Shown piece by piece: positions 63,546-64,000 of a stretch of 64,000 nucleotides of DNA. Below the pieces are notes generated by a model. It had not been told where the DNA came from. It worked only from the letters and a program-made list of their open reading frames with translations, and ran no database searches. This DNA is from an uncultured Acidobacteriota bacterium (GTDB lineage: Bacteria > Acidobacteriota > UBA6911): the NCBI GenBank assembly GCA_963827655.1, contig CAWHCF010000022.1, positions 192,001 through 256,000 on the forward strand. Reading direction: 5' to 3'. The first letter of the stretch is position 1; each line of letters starts with the position of its first letter. The position numbers and the translations under genes are program-made.

Positions 63546-63630
63546 TTCTCGTGCCCATCGTAGGTTTCCGATACAGGCGGGAACTCTTCGTCCAGAACCA
63601 ACCGCGGAGGCTCAAAGACGCGAAGAAGAT

Positions 63631-64000
63631 TCAGCTCCAGCTCTTTAAACCCAAGAGCTTTTCGCCCAGATCCGTCAGCTCGGCCGGTGTGCCAGACTTT
63701 CGCTCCAGTTCACGCGGATCACCCGGAAAGGCAAAGCCTTCCGGAGTGAGCCGTTCACGCCACATCCGAATCCGGCTCCGCCGCAGTTCTTCGTTCTCTT
63801 CCTGAACCGGAAACATCGTGATGTATTGCGCCAGCCGCGGATAACGCTCGAGTTGCGCGCGACACCGTGCGGCGTGAGGCTGTTCCAGATCAGCAGATCG
63901 CCGGCGCGCGTTTCTACCCTCCGGATTTCGAGTCCGGTCAGGTCTGGCTGCCACGGATCGCGGCTGGCAGGCTGAGTTCGGACCCATTGTTCGAAGCGTC
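63631..64000 (-). CDS. Phytanoyl-CoA dioxygenase (PhyH)-family protein, C-terminal part (frameshifted)
   Basis: RAGDLLIWNSLTPHG...PRLAQYITMFP...ELTDLGEKLLG across frames. Confidence 0.7.
   Translation of the reverse strand, partial: TLRTMGPNSACQPRSVAARPDRTRNPEGRNARRRSADLEQPHAARCRAQLERYPRLAQYITMFPVQEENEELRRSRIRMWRERLTPEGFAFPGDPRELERKSGTPAELTDLGEKLLGLKSWS

Overview
GC-rich bacterial chromosome segment, most likely Acidobacteriota, judged from the PadR + ADOP permease array, the Oar-like TonB receptor and the kinase-TPR genes. Many genes carry single-base frameshifts, which suggests uncorrected long-read errors. In order: the 5' part of a group IIC intron inserted beside a REP-like hairpin; hydrolases, a sulfatase and a FitA/VapC toxin-antitoxin pair; a five-gene nitrogen-control cluster glnB-glnA(GSI-beta)-glnD-glnE-glnA(GSI-alpha); two mosaics of truncated gene fragments; a TonB-dependent receptor; a padR-ADOP x4 operon in which every intergenic gap is an inverted heptamer-repeat hairpin; a desaturase-fusion/membrane-sulfatase pair; NDH-2; TPR proteins; an apparent TamB-TamA(BamA) fusion of about 6.8 kb; and an orphan antitoxin. 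The most unusual signals are the heptamer inverted-repeat elements (four different heptamer sequences, one architecture), their cassette-like punctuation of the ADOP array, a 233-bp MITE present twice, and the TamB-TamA fusion. All family assignments come from motif recognition by eye, not from database searches.
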